A stretch of DNA of 64,000 nt from Aquificaceae bacterium (GTDB lineage: Bacteria > Aquificota > Aquificia > Aquificales > Aquificaceae). The stretch is from assembly GCA_037924335.1 (NCBI GenBank), contig JAXSMZ010000004.1, positions 14,703 to 78,702 on the forward strand, written 5' to 3'. The position numbers and the translations under genes are program-made. Under the pieces are notes generated by a model, which was not told the DNA's origin, searched no databases, and saw only the letters and a program-made list of their open reading frames with translations. Position 1 is the first letter of the stretch. Every line of letters starts with the position of its first letter. Below, piece after piece: positions 27,108-39,896 of the stretch.

Positions 27108-28821
27108 AAAAGAGAACAGTAAGATACTTCTCGTATCCTTCTTTGTGTTCTTAGGCATTCTTGCTGTCTTCCTGAAGATAGCTTACATTCAACTCATAAG
27201 CAGGGAAGAGTACATACAGAAGGTTATAGAAAGGTTTCCCAAACTGGTCCTGGTAGAGATACCAACCTACAGAGGCTCCATAAAGGATAGAAACGGTAAT
27301 GACCTTGCTGTGAGCATACCCACAGTATCCATCTTTGCTTTTCCAAGATACGTTCAAAACAAGGAAGACTTAGCAAGAAGGCTATCCGCAGCTTTGAACT
27401 TACCCGAGCAGGATATACTCAAAAAGCTCAGTACAGAAAAGAAGTTTGTATGGTTAGCAAGAAGGATAAAAAAAGAACTTTTACCTTATATAAGAAGCGT
27501 CATAATAGATACACAAAACACAAGAGCGGTTGGCATCCAAGAAGATTTTAGTAGGTTTTATCCCAATGGACACTTGGCAAGTAACCTTTTGGGCTTTGTT
27601 GGTGAAGATGGAAGAGGGCTTGAAGGTCTTGAATTTCTCCTGAATCCCTTTTTCGATGAGGAAAAAACCAAGGTAAAATACCTTTTGTCTCCAGACTTAG
27701 GAAGGATCGCATTAGAACCAGTTGAAGATACATTCTTATCAAAAGAAGTTTACACAACCGTAGACCTGGGGGTTCAAACCATATTGGAGGACATAAGGGA
27801 TGAGATAGTCAAAACTTGGAAGCCAAAAAAAGTGTCCATCATCATCATGGATGTCAAAAAGGGAGACATACTAGGGCTTACCACATACCCTTACTATAAT
27901 CCCAATGACTACCAAAAGTATCCCCCATGGAGCAGGAGGAACTATGCTGTAACAGACCTTTTTGAACCTGGTTCTGTAATGAAACCCTTCTTCATAGGAA
28001 AGGTATTGGATAAGGGTTACATAAAGGAAAACTATGGTGTTGACTGTGGAAGAGGTAAGACTGAGGCTTACGGTAGGCTCATAAGAGATGTACATCCCTA
28101 TGGATACCTGAGCGTTGACCAAGTTTTGATAAAGTCTTCAAATGTAGGTACTGTTAAGATAGCAAAATTCTTATCCAAAAAGGATGTGGAAGATATAATG
28201 AGGAAGGTCCATTTTTATGATGCTTTTAAGATAATACCTGGAGAAGCAAAGCCAAAGCTTCCGGATTACAGCTACCCTGCAAACATACTATACTCAGCCA
28301 TAGGGCAAGGGCTTTCCACAAACCTTTTGAACCTTTGCGTTGCATTTGGAAGCCTTGCGACGGGACAGATTGTAAAACCTCGAGTAGTTCTTTACTCTGT
28401 TGACAACGAAGGGAAAAAGTCTTACTCCCAAGTGGATGTTCTAAACTCTCACCTTTTTTCTCCAAGCGTGATGGACTGGCTGCACAGAAACCTTATAAAG
28501 GTAGTTGAAGAAGGAACAGCAAAGGCTGCACGCTCTGAGTACTTCACCATAGCTGGAAAGACGGGCACATCTCAGAAGTTTGACGTAAAAACTGGAAAGT
28601 ATTCAAGGGAGAAGGTTGTAGCTTACTTTGTGGGTTACTTCCCAGCCACACAGCCTAGGTTCGTGGCTGGCATATCGGTGGATGAGCCTAAGGGGATCGC
28701 TTACGGTGGGTCAGCAGCTGCTCCTTACTTTAAGGAGCTTGTGGAAAGAGTTGCATCCTATTACCGTTTAGAACCCGATAAGCCTAAGGAGATCATCCCT
28801 CGTTTCCATGGGAAGGAGTAG
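27094..28821 (+). CDS. ftsI: Class B penicillin-binding protein (FtsI-like)
   Basis: N-terminal TM, RGSIKDRNG, EPGSVMK (SxxK), SSN and KTGT. Confidence 0.8.
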   Translation: MQEFKKENSKILLVSFFVFLGILAVFLKIAYIQLISREEYIQKVIERFPKLVLVEIPTYRGSIKDRNGNDLAVSIPTVSIFAFPRYVQNKEDLARRLSAALNLPEQDILKKLSTEKKFVWLARRIKKELLPYIRSVIIDTQNTRAVGIQEDFSRFYPNGHLASNLLGFVGEDGRGLEGLEFLLNPFFDEEKTKVKYLLSPDLGRIALEPVEDTFLSKEVYTTVDLGVQTILEDIRDEIVKTWKPKKVSIIIMDVKKGDILGLTTYPYYNPNDYQKYPPWSRRNYAVTDLFEPGSVMKPFFIGKVLDKGYIKENYGVDCGRGKTEAYGRLIRDVHPYGYLSVDQVLIKSSNVGTVKIAKFLSKKDVEDIMRKVHFYDAFKIIPGEAKPKLPDYSYPANILYSAIGQGLSTNLLNLCVAFGSLATGQIVKPRVVLYSVDNEGKKSYSQVDVLNSHLFSPSVMDWLHRNLIKVVEEGTAKAARSEYFTIAGKTGTSQKFDVKTGKYSREKVVAYFVGYFPATQPRFVAGISVDEPKGIAYGGSAAAPYFKELVERVASYYRLEPDKPKEIIPRFHGKE

Positions 28822-29421
28822 GGCATCTATCTTGGGAACTTTTACTGGCTTTATGTGGGTGAGCTCCTCCACTATGGTTGGGTTTGTCCTTTCGGATACA
28901 TCCTCTCCCGCAAAACCGTTCATCACTATACCAACAATGTCGATCCCCATGCTCTTTATGTAATGGAAGGATAAGAAGGTGTGATTTATAGTTCCAAGCC
29001 CAGCCTTAGCGACCAAAAGGACTGGCAGTTTCCAGTCTCTTGCAAGCTTTGCGTAATCGTAGTTTTTTTTAATGGGTACTGCTATGCCACCAGCTCCTTC
29101 CACCACAAGAAAGTCATACCTCTTTAGCATATCTTTGTAGTGCCCATAGAGCTTGTACAAGGAAAATTCTTTTTTTTCCTCCAAAATACTGGCGTAGGGA
29201 GACAGGGGTAAAGAGAAAATCACTGGAACAGCCTCAGATATGTCTTGTCCTGTAATGCTTACGATAAGTGACCCATCGGTAGGAAGAACAACAACACCAG
29301 TTTCAAAAGGCTTTAGATAGCCTACCCTTATACCCTTCTCCTTCAAGGAATAAATTAAGTTATAGGCTATAAAAGTTTTGCCAACGTTCGTGTCAGTTCC
29401 TGTTATCATCAAGGCTTTCAT
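28768..29421 (-). CDS. bioD: Dethiobiotin synthase
   Basis: ITGTDTNVGKT, VEGAGG and LGTINHT. Confidence 0.95.
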   Translation of the reverse strand: MKALMITGTDTNVGKTFIAYNLIYSLKEKGIRVGYLKPFETGVVVLPTDGSLIVSITGQDISEAVPVIFSLPLSPYASILEEKKEFSLYKLYGHYKDMLKRYDFLVVEGAGGIAVPIKKNYDYAKLARDWKLPVLLVAKAGLGTINHTFLSFHYIKSMGIDIVGIVMNGFAGEDVSERTNPTIVEELTHIKPVKVPKIDALLLPMETRDDLLRLIGF

Positions 29422-29496
29422 TCTAATAATTATCAAACATACACGCTGGATGGTAAATTTTCACCCTGGCAGTTTGAAAGAATTTATAATAAATCT

Positions 29497-29862
29497 ATGC
29501 ATCACCTGAGTGAGCAGCAAATAGCTGAATTGAAAAGTGTGCTCCTCTCAATGAGGGAGAAGATAATAAGGTCTGCCGATGAGCAGATAAAAGACCCTTC
29601 AAACGTAACCTTTGAAGGCGGAGATGAGATAGACAGGGCAAACATAGAGACAGAAAGGTACCTGCAACTTCAGAGAGTTAAAACGAGAGAACTTAACCTT
29701 TTAAGAAAGATAGATTATGCTCTCATGAAGATAGAGCAAGGTACTTATGGAATCTGTGAGAGCTGCGGGGCGCCTATACCCTTTGATAGACTTAAGGCTC
29801 GGCCTGTGACTACCATGTGTATAAACTGCAAAGAGTTTGAAGAGGAAAGGGAAAATGAGTGA
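29497..29862 (+). CDS. dksA: DksA/TraR C4-type zinc finger protein
   Basis: DEIDRA coiled-coil tip; YGICESCG...RLKARP...CINC. Confidence 0.88.
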   Translation: MHHLSEQQIAELKSVLLSMREKIIRSADEQIKDPSNVTFEGGDEIDRANIETERYLQLQRVKTRELNLLRKIDYALMKIEQGTYGICESCGAPIPFDRLKARPVTTMCINCKEFEEERENE

Positions 29863-31066
29863 GGATTGGATGTTTCCTAAGGTAAGAAAATTGCCTAAGT
29901 ATGTTTTTGCAATGGTCAACGAGCTCAAGTACAAGCTGAGAAGAGAAGGGGAGGACATAGTGGACCTTGGAATGGGTAATCCGGACCTTCCACCAGACCA
30001 TCGTATTATAGATAAACTGTGTGAAGTATCCAGAAGGGATAACGTTCATGGCTACTCTGCATCAAGGGGAATACCAAGATTGAGAAAAGCCATATGTGAC
30101 TTTTACATGAGAAGGTACGGGGTAAGGCTTGACCCAGAGACCGAAGCCATTATGACCATAGGTGCAAAGGAAGGTTACTCTCATCTTATGCTTGCCCTAT
30201 TGGAGCCTGGGGATACGGTTATCGTTCCCAATCCTACCTATCCTATACACTATTACGCTCCCATAATCGTCGGTGGGGATGCTGTGTCCATACCGATAGT
30301 TCCAGAAGGCAATCAAGACCTTTACCAATACTTTACAAAAAAACTCTACGACCTTCTTAGGTCATCCTTTAGAAAACCGAAGGCAGTGGTACTGAGCTTT
30401 CCGCACAACCCAACAACCCTCTGCGTAGATTTGAACTTTTTCAAAGAGATGGTGGAGATAGCCAAACAAGAAGATGTCTGGATAATCCACGACTTTGCTT
30501 ATGCAGATCTGGGCTTTGACGGTTACGAACCACCAAGCATACTTCAGGTAGAAGGTGCCAAAGATGTTGCGGTTGAAATATACAGTATGTCAAAAGGTTT
30601 TTCTATGGCTGGTTGGCGCATAGCCTTTATGGTGGGGAACGAGAAGCTCATTAAAAACCTGACGCATCTAAAAAGCTATTTAGACTACGGTATCTTTACA
30701 CCCATGCAGGTGGCAGCAATTATAGCTTTGGAGAGTCCCTACGAGATAGTGGAGAAAAACAGAGAAGTCTACAAGAAAAGAAGGGATGTTCTCGTGGAAG
30801 GTCTTAACAAGATAGGATGGGAGATTAAAAAACCCATGGGAAGCATGTTTGTATGGGCAAAGGTTCCAGATTGGGTTGGTATGTCCTCGCTGGACTTTTC
30901 CCTCTTTCTTCTAAGGGAAGCTAAGGTTGCAGTTTCTCCCGGCATAGGTTTTGGTGAACACGGTGAAGGCTACGTAAGGTTTGCTCTCGTAGAAAACGAA
31001 CACCGTATAAGACAGGCGGTAAGAGGGATAAAGAAAGCTTTTGAAAAGTTCAAACAGAAGGTCTGA
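29855..31066 (+). CDS. Class I PLP-dependent aminotransferase (AlaC/LL-DAP-like)
   Basis: [19 protein letters not shown] and [12 protein letters not shown]. Confidence 0.88.
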   Translation: MSEDWMFPKVRKLPKYVFAMVNELKYKLRREGEDIVDLGMGNPDLPPDHRIIDKLCEVSRRDNVHGYSASRGIPRLRKAICDFYMRRYGVRLDPETEAIMTIGAKEGYSHLMLALLEPGDTVIVPNPTYPIHYYAPIIVGGDAVSIPIVPEGNQDLYQYFTKKLYDLLRSSFRKPKAVVLSFPHNPTTLCVDLNFFKEMVEIAKQEDVWIIHDFAYADLGFDGYEPPSILQVEGAKDVAVEIYSMSKGFSMAGWRIAFMVGNEKLIKNLTHLKSYLDYGIFTPMQVAAIIALESPYEIVEKNREVYKKRRDVLVEGLNKIGWEIKKPMGSMFVWAKVPDWVGMSSLDFSLFLLREAKVAVSPGIGFGEHGEGYVRFALVENEHRIRQAVRGIKKAFEKFKQKV

Positions 31067-31088
31067 AAAGCGTTTAAAATATTAAACC

Positions 31089-32330
31089 ATGAAGCTTTTG
31101 GTGGTAAAGTTTGGTGGGACATCCGTTGGTACGCTCCAAAGGATAGAAAACGTCGCAAGAAGAGCTGTGGAAAAGATAAAGCAAGGCTATAAAGTTTTAG
31201 TAGTCTCATCAGCCATGGCTGGGGAGACAGATAGGCTTATAAACCTTGCCAAGCAGATAGACCCGAAGGCTCCAACCCGTGAGATGGATATGCTCATAGC
31301 TACTGGGGAACAGCAGGCAATAGCCCTCTTATCCATAATGATAAACAAGCTTGGGTATCCATCGGTTAGTTTGTGTGGATGGCAGGTTCCTATAATAACT
31401 GATAGCGTACATACAAAGGCAAGAGTTAAAAAGGTAGGAGTTCAGAGGATAAAAAACCTTTTAAACGAGGGCTACATACCAGTGGTTGCAGGCTTTCAAG
31501 GTGTTACAGAAGACTGGGAAATAACCACTCTTGGGAGAGGTGGTTCGGACCTTTCTGCCGTTGTCCTTGCCCATGCCCTGAAGGCTAACTGTGAGATATA
31601 CACGGACGTTGAAGGCGTCTATACTGCAGACCCGAGGATCGTACCAGAATCAAGGAAAATACCTTACATATCCTATGAAGAGATGCTTGAGATGGCATCC
31701 CTTGGTGCGAAGGTGATGCAGGCAAGGAGCGTTGAGTTTGCAATGAAAAACAACGTGAGAATTCATGTGAGAAGTTCCTTCTCAGAGAAGGAAGGGACTT
31801 GGATAGTACCGGAGGAGGAAGTTATGGAAAAAGTTGCAGTAAGAGCTATAACTTTGGATACTAAGGAATCTAGGATAACTGTGGTAAGAGTACCAGACAG
31901 ACCAGGTATAGCTTACAGCATATTTAAAGCCCTCGGAGATGCTCACATAGTGGTGGATATGATAGTTCAAAACGTCTCTCATCAAGGCTACACAGACATG
32001 TCCTTTACGGTTAACAAAGCGGATGCTCGAAAAGCTGAGGAGATAGTAAAAAAAGTGGCTAAAGAGATAGGAGCTCAGGAAGTTGTAAGGGACGATAACG
32101 TAGCAAAGATATCCGTAGTTGGCATAGGTATGAAAAGCTCTTACGGTACTGCGGCAAAGATGTTTGAGGTACTTTACAAAAACGGAATAAACATAATGGC
32201 CATATCCACCTCAGAGATAAAGATATCATGCCTTATAGAAGGCAAGTATGGGGAGCTTGCAGTAAGGGAGCTTCACTCAGCGTTCATAGAAGAAGGGGAA
32301 GAAGTAAAGGTAATGAATGAGACTGGGTAA
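31089..32330 (+). CDS. lysC: Aspartate kinase
   Basis: [15 protein letters not shown] and two ACT domains. Confidence 0.96.
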   Translation: MKLLVVKFGGTSVGTLQRIENVARRAVEKIKQGYKVLVVSSAMAGETDRLINLAKQIDPKAPTREMDMLIATGEQQAIALLSIMINKLGYPSVSLCGWQVPIITDSVHTKARVKKVGVQRIKNLLNEGYIPVVAGFQGVTEDWEITTLGRGGSDLSAVVLAHALKANCEIYTDVEGVYTADPRIVPESRKIPYISYEEMLEMASLGAKVMQARSVEFAMKNNVRIHVRSSFSEKEGTWIVPEEEVMEKVAVRAITLDTKESRITVVRVPDRPGIAYSIFKALGDAHIVVDMIVQNVSHQGYTDMSFTVNKADARKAEEIVKKVAKEIGAQEVVRDDNVAKISVVGIGMKSSYGTAAKMFEVLYKNGINIMAISTSEIKISCLIEGKYGELAVRELHSAFIEEGEEVKVMNETG

Positions 32331-33267
32331 AGACAGAGCAGAGCTTCTCTTTGAGAAGTTCAAAAGTCTAAAGGTGCTGGTTGTAGGGGATGTGATCCTT
32401 GACAGATACGTGTTTGGGAAAGTAGAACGTATATCACCAGAGGCGCCAGTGCCCATAGTAGAGGTTGAAAGAGAGGATTTTAAGCTAGGTGGTGCTGGAA
32501 ATGTGGCCAACAACCTATCTTCGCTCGGAGTAAAAACTTATCTCACTGGAGTTGTCGGAGAAGACTACGGCATGCACATTGTTTATGGGCTTTTGAAAGA
32601 AAAAGGGATTCAAACCCTACTGGTGAAGGATATAGGAAGACCAACAACTGAGAAAACAAGGATAATATCCCTATCGCAGCAACTGATAAGGATAGATAGA
32701 GAGGACAAGAAGGGAGTGGACGGAGGAGTTTTAAGAGAGCTTTTGGAGAGGCTTGATGTTGATGTGGATGGTGTGATACTCTCCGATTATGCAAAAGGTG
32801 TAGTGTGCAAAGATGTTGTAAGCAGAGTAAAACAGAAGGGAGTTTTTTATTCCATAGACCCAAGGCCTGACAATATGCATATTTACAAGGATGCTCACCT
32901 GATGACTCCCAATGAAAAAGAAGCCAGAAGTATGTTTTCAGCAGGCAGTATAGAGGAGCTTGGCTGGGGACTAAAGAGGTCTCTCAATTTAACAACCTTA
33001 GTGATAACATTAGGACCAAAGGGGATGGCTCTCTTTGGAGACATTTTTGAAACATTTCCAGCAAGGGCAAAGCAGGTTTATGATGTGACAGGTGCTGGCG
33101 ATACAGTTGTAGCTGTTCTTACCGCTTCTTACCTTGCTGGCGCTTCTTGGGAAGAGGCTTGCGAGCTAGCCAACTTATGCGCTGGTATAGTGGTAGGTAA
33201 GCTTGGAACAGAAACACCAAGTATTGAGGAGGTGTTTAAATACCTTGAGGAAGGGGAAGGACTTTGA
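32317..33267 (+). CDS. rfaE1: D-glycero-D-manno-heptose-7-phosphate kinase (HldE/RfaE domain I)
   Basis: [15 protein letters not shown] and DVTGAGDT. Confidence 0.9.
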   Translation: MRLGKDRAELLFEKFKSLKVLVVGDVILDRYVFGKVERISPEAPVPIVEVEREDFKLGGAGNVANNLSSLGVKTYLTGVVGEDYGMHIVYGLLKEKGIQTLLVKDIGRPTTEKTRIISLSQQLIRIDREDKKGVDGGVLRELLERLDVDVDGVILSDYAKGVVCKDVVSRVKQKGVFYSIDPRPDNMHIYKDAHLMTPNEKEARSMFSAGSIEELGWGLKRSLNLTTLVITLGPKGMALFGDIFETFPARAKQVYDVTGAGDTVVAVLTASYLAGASWEEACELANLCAGIVVGKLGTETPSIEEVFKYLEEGEGL

Positions 33268-33580
33268 GGACATGGCTTGCGAGTATCTTGAATCTCTTGG
33301 CTACAGTATAATACGCAGGAACTTCCATTGCCGAGGTGGAGAGATAGACATACTGGCAATGGACCAGGATACCCTTGTGTTTGTAGAAGTGAAGGGGAAA
33401 AGATGTAAAGGATATACAGACCCTGCAGAGAGAATAGACAGAGTAAAGAAAAGCAGACTTTTAAGATGTATAGAAGCTTATCTTTCTGAATATCCTACAG
33501 AAAATCTGAGAGTAGATGTTCTTCTCTTTAGAGGAAACAGCATAGAGCACATCAAAGGTATAGAACTTGACAGCTTATAA
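33245..33580 (+). CDS. yraN: YraN family protein (start uncertain)
   Basis: [19 protein letters not shown] and LVFVEVK. Confidence 0.85.
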   Translation: MRKGKDFEDMACEYLESLGYSIIRRNFHCRGGEIDILAMDQDTLVFVEVKGKRCKGYTDPAERIDRVKKSRLLRCIEAYLSEYPTENLRVDVLLFRGNSIEHIKGIELDSL

Positions 33581-33605
33581 ATTATATAAGATAATTCTTC
33601 ATACT

Positions 33606-34313
33606 ATGAAGAGGGTGGTCATCGTATTTGCTCTGGCAGTGGCTTCATGTGGACCCATAACCAAAGAAGAGTTGGACAAAAAGTTTTCAGATGTGGATAG
33701 CAGGCTAAGCAAGCTCGAAGAAAGACAGAAAAGGCTCGAAGAGCAAAGCATAAAGACAGAGATGAGAGTTGATAATTTGGCAGAAACCCTTACAAAGCTC
33801 AGGCTAGATGTGGAAAAACTGAAAACTCCTGGGAGAAGAGAGATAGAAACCAAACTCCCCCAGGAAAACTATAAAAGTGTAGAAAAGTCAAAGACTTCAG
33901 GGGGAATGGAGAAAGAAACGAAGCCCGTAGAGGATTATCAAAGGGAGTATGAGGAAGCTGTTAAGTTATACAACATGGGGCAGTTAGCTCAAGCTAAGGA
34001 TAAACTTATAGGGTTCATAAAGAAGAATCCGCAGACTAACCTAACTGATAATGCTTACTTTTGGTTGGGTGTGGCATTCAGAGACCTTAATGAACTTGAT
34101 AAGGCAGAAGTTGTTTGGCTCACCCTTGTAGAAAAGTGCAAGAAAGGGGAGCTTCCAGATTGTAACAAGGTTCCAGCAGCGTATTTACAGCTTGCAAGGC
34201 TTTATGAACAGAAGGGTAACCAGCAGAAAGCCAGCGAGGTTTATAAATCCTTGATGGAAGAATATCCTCTTTCAGAAGAGGCTGAAATAGCCAAGAGGAA
34301 AATAAGTAAGTGA
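33606..34313 (+). CDS. CpoB/YbgF-like TPR lipoprotein
   Basis: Lipobox VASC, coiled coil, TPRs (DNAYFWLG), YP.SEEA. Confidence 0.75.
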   Translation: MKRVVIVFALAVASCGPITKEELDKKFSDVDSRLSKLEERQKRLEEQSIKTEMRVDNLAETLTKLRLDVEKLKTPGRREIETKLPQENYKSVEKSKTSGGMEKETKPVEDYQREYEEAVKLYNMGQLAQAKDKLIGFIKKNPQTNLTDNAYFWLGVAFRDLNELDKAEVVWLTLVEKCKKGELPDCNKVPAAYLQLARLYEQKGNQQKASEVYKSLMEEYPLSEEAEIAKRKISK

Positions 34314-35002
34314 TGCTTCTAAATAAGCCAAATCACGTTGCTGTTATAATGGATGGCAATGGAAGATGGGCAAAGGAAAGGGGTTTGCCGAGGATATACG
34401 GGCATTACGAAGGTGTCAAAAGGGCAGAGGAGCTAGTAGAAACCTGCATAGAGATGGGGATCATGTATCTTACACTTTTTACCTTTTCGACAGAGAATTG
34501 GAAAAGACCAAAAGAGGAGATATCCGCCCTCTTTGACCTCTTCGAATCCTACTTAATAAAGAAGGGGGATGAGCTTATAAAAAAAGGTATAAGTGTAAAG
34601 TTCATAGGCAGAAGGGACAGATTGCCAGAGAGCTTATCCACCCTTATGGGAGATATAGAAAGAAGAAGCAAAGATTGTAATAGTATAACTGTAAGCCTTG
34701 CCCTCGATTACGGTGGAAGGGATGATATACTAAGAGCTATAAATAAGGCTATAAAAATGGGTCTGGGTAGAGTTGATGAGAGAGCTTTCTCCAATCTTCT
34801 TGACCTAAGCGGTATACCTGATCCAGACCTTTTGATAAGAACAGCTGGAGAGAGAAGACTTTCTAACTTTCTTCTTTGGAACTTAGCTTATTCAGAACTT
34901 TACTTTACAGAAACTTACTGGCCGGACTTTGATAAAAAAGAGTTTTTGAAGGCCTTAGAAGATTACTCAAGAAGGATAAGGAAGTTTGGAGCGGTTTTAT
35001 AG
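34310..35002 (+). CDS. uppS: Undecaprenyl diphosphate synthase
   Basis: HVAVIMDGNGRWA, FSTENWKRP and RLSNFLLW. Confidence 0.96.
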   Translation: MMLLNKPNHVAVIMDGNGRWAKERGLPRIYGHYEGVKRAEELVETCIEMGIMYLTLFTFSTENWKRPKEEISALFDLFESYLIKKGDELIKKGISVKFIGRRDRLPESLSTLMGDIERRSKDCNSITVSLALDYGGRDDILRAINKAIKMGLGRVDERAFSNLLDLSGIPDPDLLIRTAGERRLSNFLLWNLAYSELYFTETYWPDFDKKEFLKALEDYSRRIRKFGAVL

Positions 35003-35711
35003 AAGTAGAGAATTCATAGGAGTTTCTGTGGGAGCAGTGTCCATACTCTTAGCTCTATCTCCAAACTACATTTTTTTACTTGCTGTAGCTTTTTTATCCT
35101 TTTTTATAGCCTTTGAACTTTCAAAAGCTCTTGGTTTAGGAAAAATCTTCCTTTTCTCACCAGTCTTTTTTTTACTGAGCTGCTATAACTTGGGAGTAGG
35201 TATCCTCTTTTCTTTGCTCGTATCTTTCATCAAAGGCTACAGGTCATGGAATCTTGATGAACTTTTCAAGAGCTTAACCATCTTCTTATACTCTGGAATA
35301 TTGCCCTACTATATTTACACTGTTAAGTCCTCAAGTGATTATGAATTGGTCAAACTGCTACTTTTTGTATGGAGCGTGGATGTCTTTGCCTATTACACAG
35401 GGAAAACCTTGGGCAAGACTCCCTTTTCCCCAAAGCTTTCACCAAAGAAGACATGGGAAGGCTTCTTCGGTGGCTTTCTTGCTGGATCGGTTGTTTTTAT
35501 ACTGATTTCAGGCATCCCCCTATTTAAATCCATTTTACTTGGAACTTGTCTTGTATTGCTCGCAGTATCTGGAGACCTATTCAAGAGCTTCATAAAAAGG
35601 CAGGTTGGAATAAAAGATTTTTCTGGTGTACTTGGAGAGCATGGAGGCTTCACGGATAGGTTTGACTCTTTGCTTTTTGTTGCACCCGCCTACTCCCTCT
35701 TTTTGAATTGA
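34986..35711 (+). CDS. cdsA: Phosphatidate cytidylyltransferase
   Basis: SPKKTWEG, KRQVGIKD and HGGFTDRFDS. Confidence 0.93.
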   Translation: MERFYRSREFIGVSVGAVSILLALSPNYIFLLAVAFLSFFIAFELSKALGLGKIFLFSPVFFLLSCYNLGVGILFSLLVSFIKGYRSWNLDELFKSLTIFLYSGILPYYIYTVKSSSDYELVKLLLFVWSVDVFAYYTGKTLGKTPFSPKLSPKKTWEGFFGGFLAGSVVFILISGIPLFKSILLGTCLVLLAVSGDLFKSFIKRQVGIKDFSGVLGEHGGFTDRFDSLLFVAPAYSLFLN

Positions 35712-35712
35712 A

Positions 35713-35728
35713 GCCCCCGGCAGGGGGC
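35713..35728. terminator. Hairpin between the convergent cdsA and groEL genes
   Basis: GCCCCC-GGCA-GGGGGC. Confidence 0.5.
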
Positions 35729-35734
35729 AGAAGA

Positions 35735-37686
<1,952 letters not shown>

Positions 37687-37720
37687 CTTCTAACCTCCTT
37701 CTTAGGTTTTAGTTATAAAA

Positions 37721-37749
37721 ATTATATTAACATCTGCTACGGTTGTCAA
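37721..37749 (-). promoter_or_regulatory. Consensus sigma70 promoter of groESL
   Basis: Minus strand TTGACA-N17-TATAAT. Confidence 0.8.
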
Positions 37750-37858
37750 GAGTTTCTTCCCAGAAATTTTAGTTTATTTTACTAAACTTTTCTATATAAA
37801 TAAAACATAAATTTAGAAGTATTGTTTACTGAAGTCATAGGCTATAGATTTATTTATC

Positions 37859-38920
37859 ATGAGATTTGCCGTCGGAATGAGTGGTGGTGTAGACAGCAGC
37901 GTAGCAGCGTTGATTTTGAAAGAGGCAGGGCATGAGGTTATTGGCGTAACTCTCAGATTTTACAAAGAGATTTGCGGTGATGAACTGAGAGTTTGTTGCT
38001 CTCCTAAGGATGTGAGAGATGCTGCATACATTTCAGAAAGGCTAGGTATTCCACATATAACCCTTGATTGGGAAAAGCTTTTTCAGAAGAGAGTTGTACA
38101 GTACTTTGTTGAAGGTTATATGGAAAGTAAGACTCCAAACCCCTGTGCTATATGCAACAGAGATGTAAAAACTGGCTATCTAGCAAGGTATCTCAAAGAA
38201 GTTGCAGATTTAGACAGACTTGCAACTGGACATTACGCAAGAACTACAGAGTACAAAGGGAGAAAACTTATTAAAAGGGCAAAAGACATAAGCAAAGACC
38301 AGTCCTATTTTCTGGCTCTTATAAAGAGAGAAGACCTTGACCTTCTTGATTTTCCAATAGGCTCTATGAGTAAAGAGGAGGTAAGAAAGATGGCAAGGCT
38401 TCACAAACTCCCAGTTGCAGAAAAGAGGGATTCTCAAGAGGTTTGCTTTCTGATGGGGAAAACACCTGGAGAGTTTATAGAGGCAAGAGAAGGGGTCAAG
38501 GAAGGCTTGATAGTTCATAAAGAGGGTTATATTCTGGGAAAACACAGGGGAACATACCATTTTACTGTGGGACAGAGGAGAGGACTTGGAGTATCCTACC
38601 ATAGACCTTTGTATGTTCTTCAGCTGAAGGGGGATGAGAATAAGGTGATAGTTGGATACGAAGAGGACCTGTACAGGGATACGATCCTCTTAGGAGATGT
38701 GAACTTTCATCTACCTTTGGAGGAGTGGGGAGATGTTCATGCTGTCGTAAGGTACAGGTCTCAGCCTGTGAGGATAAAAGATGTGCAGAGGATTAAGGAT
38801 CATTACCTTATCAGGCTTGAAAGGCCTATAAAGGACACATCCCCAGGACAAGTGTGCGCTTTCTACGATGGTGATGTTCTCTTAGGTGGTGGTATAATAG
38901 AATTCGTAGAGGCCCGGTAG
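37859..38920 (+). CDS. mnmA: tRNA 2-thiouridine(34) synthase
   Basis: MSGGVDSS, TPNPC..CN, ATGHYA, KDQSYFL and PGQ. Confidence 0.95.
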   Translation: MRFAVGMSGGVDSSVAALILKEAGHEVIGVTLRFYKEICGDELRVCCSPKDVRDAAYISERLGIPHITLDWEKLFQKRVVQYFVEGYMESKTPNPCAICNRDVKTGYLARYLKEVADLDRLATGHYARTTEYKGRKLIKRAKDISKDQSYFLALIKREDLDLLDFPIGSMSKEEVRKMARLHKLPVAEKRDSQEVCFLMGKTPGEFIEAREGVKEGLIVHKEGYILGKHRGTYHFTVGQRRGLGVSYHRPLYVLQLKGDENKVIVGYEEDLYRDTILLGDVNFHLPLEEWGDVHAVVRYRSQPVRIKDVQRIKDHYLIRLERPIKDTSPGQVCAFYDGDVLLGGGIIEFVEAR

Positions 38921-38983
38921 CTCAGTTGGTAGAGCACCCGGCTGAAAACCGGGGTGTCGGCGGTTCGATTCCGCCCTGGGCCA
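38911..38983 (+). tRNA. tRNA-Phe(GAA)
   Basis: 73-nt cloverleaf, anticodon GAA, GGTTCGATTCC; TGGTATAAT upstream, inside mnmA. Confidence 0.95.
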
Positions 38984-39896
38984 TCTTTAGAATTTCAACC
39001 CTGAGTCTGTAATCTATGAGTATACGAAGGGGTTCTTCTTTTAAGCCCTTGTCTCTGAATGGTATGGCATAAGGAGATGCCTCCAACTTTCTGAGCTCCT
39101 CTTGACTCAAAGAGTCATCAAGGGATAAAGAGGCTACAGTTCCACCCCTTTTCCTTCCGACGCTCTGGGATGAACCGACACCAAATCCCAACAACTTTAA
39201 AGCCTTTCTCACGGGAAGTGAAGAGGTGTAAGATACCCAAAGGCCATCCTTTGCTATCAACCTCCTTATCTCTTTCAAAAAGTCCAAGCTCCATAGCTCT
39301 GGATTTCTGTACGGGGAGAAGGCATCATGGAAAACAGCGTCGGCCAAAAATTTATCTACTTCTTTTATTTCTTCTCTTGCATCACCCAAAAGGAGTTCAA
39401 ACCTTATGCCATCTTTTTCAAACTTTGGAATCCCTTCAAGGATAAACTTATGGAATCTTCTGTAGGGTTCATTCAGGAGATGGATTTTATCCAACAGCTC
39501 CTTTTCAAAGGAAACTATATTTATTTCAGTATGAGGGTTTAACTTTCTTATCTCACTTATTGTAACTGCTACGTTATAACCAAGTCCAAAACCAACATCA
39601 AGGATGAAAAGTTCCCTCTTGCATTTTGATTTTTCCATAAGGTTTGATGGATAGAGGAACTTCAAAAGGCATTCTTTCACAGCGCCAGCCCATAAGCTGT
39701 GATAAGGCTCACCGTACTTAGCACTCAGAAAGGTCAAACTTCCATCCTCCGTCCTTACAAAACCATGTCCGCCGATGGATGGCTCAAGCCAGAGGGAAAC
39801 TTCTCTGAGTATCTCCTTTTCCATCCCTTCGTCTAGAAGTATTCCTCTTTCCTCTCCAATTTTCTTCAGAAGATCTCTAAGAGTATTCCTTAGCAT
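38922..39896 (-). CDS. mnmD: Standalone MnmC-type (MnmD/MnmC2) tRNA methyltransferase
   Basis: TEDGSLT, EPYHS, LDVGFGLGYN and HDAFSPYRNPELWS. Confidence 0.88.
   Translation of the reverse strand: MLRNTLRDLLKKIGEERGILLDEGMEKEILREVSLWLEPSIGGHGFVRTEDGSLTFLSAKYGEPYHSLWAGAVKECLLKFLYPSNLMEKSKCKRELFILDVGFGLGYNVAVTISEIRKLNPHTEINIVSFEKELLDKIHLLNEPYRRFHKFILEGIPKFEKDGIRFELLLGDAREEIKEVDKFLADAVFHDAFSPYRNPELWSLDFLKEIRRLIAKDGLWVSYTSSLPVRKALKLLGFGVGSSQSVGRKRGGTVASLSLDDSLSQEELRKLEASPYAIPFRDKGLKEEPLRILIDYRLRVEILKMAQGGIEPPTPRFSAGCSTN

Noticed and set aside
37690..37850. CIRCE element upstream of groES
   Set aside because: No TTAGCACTC-N9-GAGTGCTAA is seen
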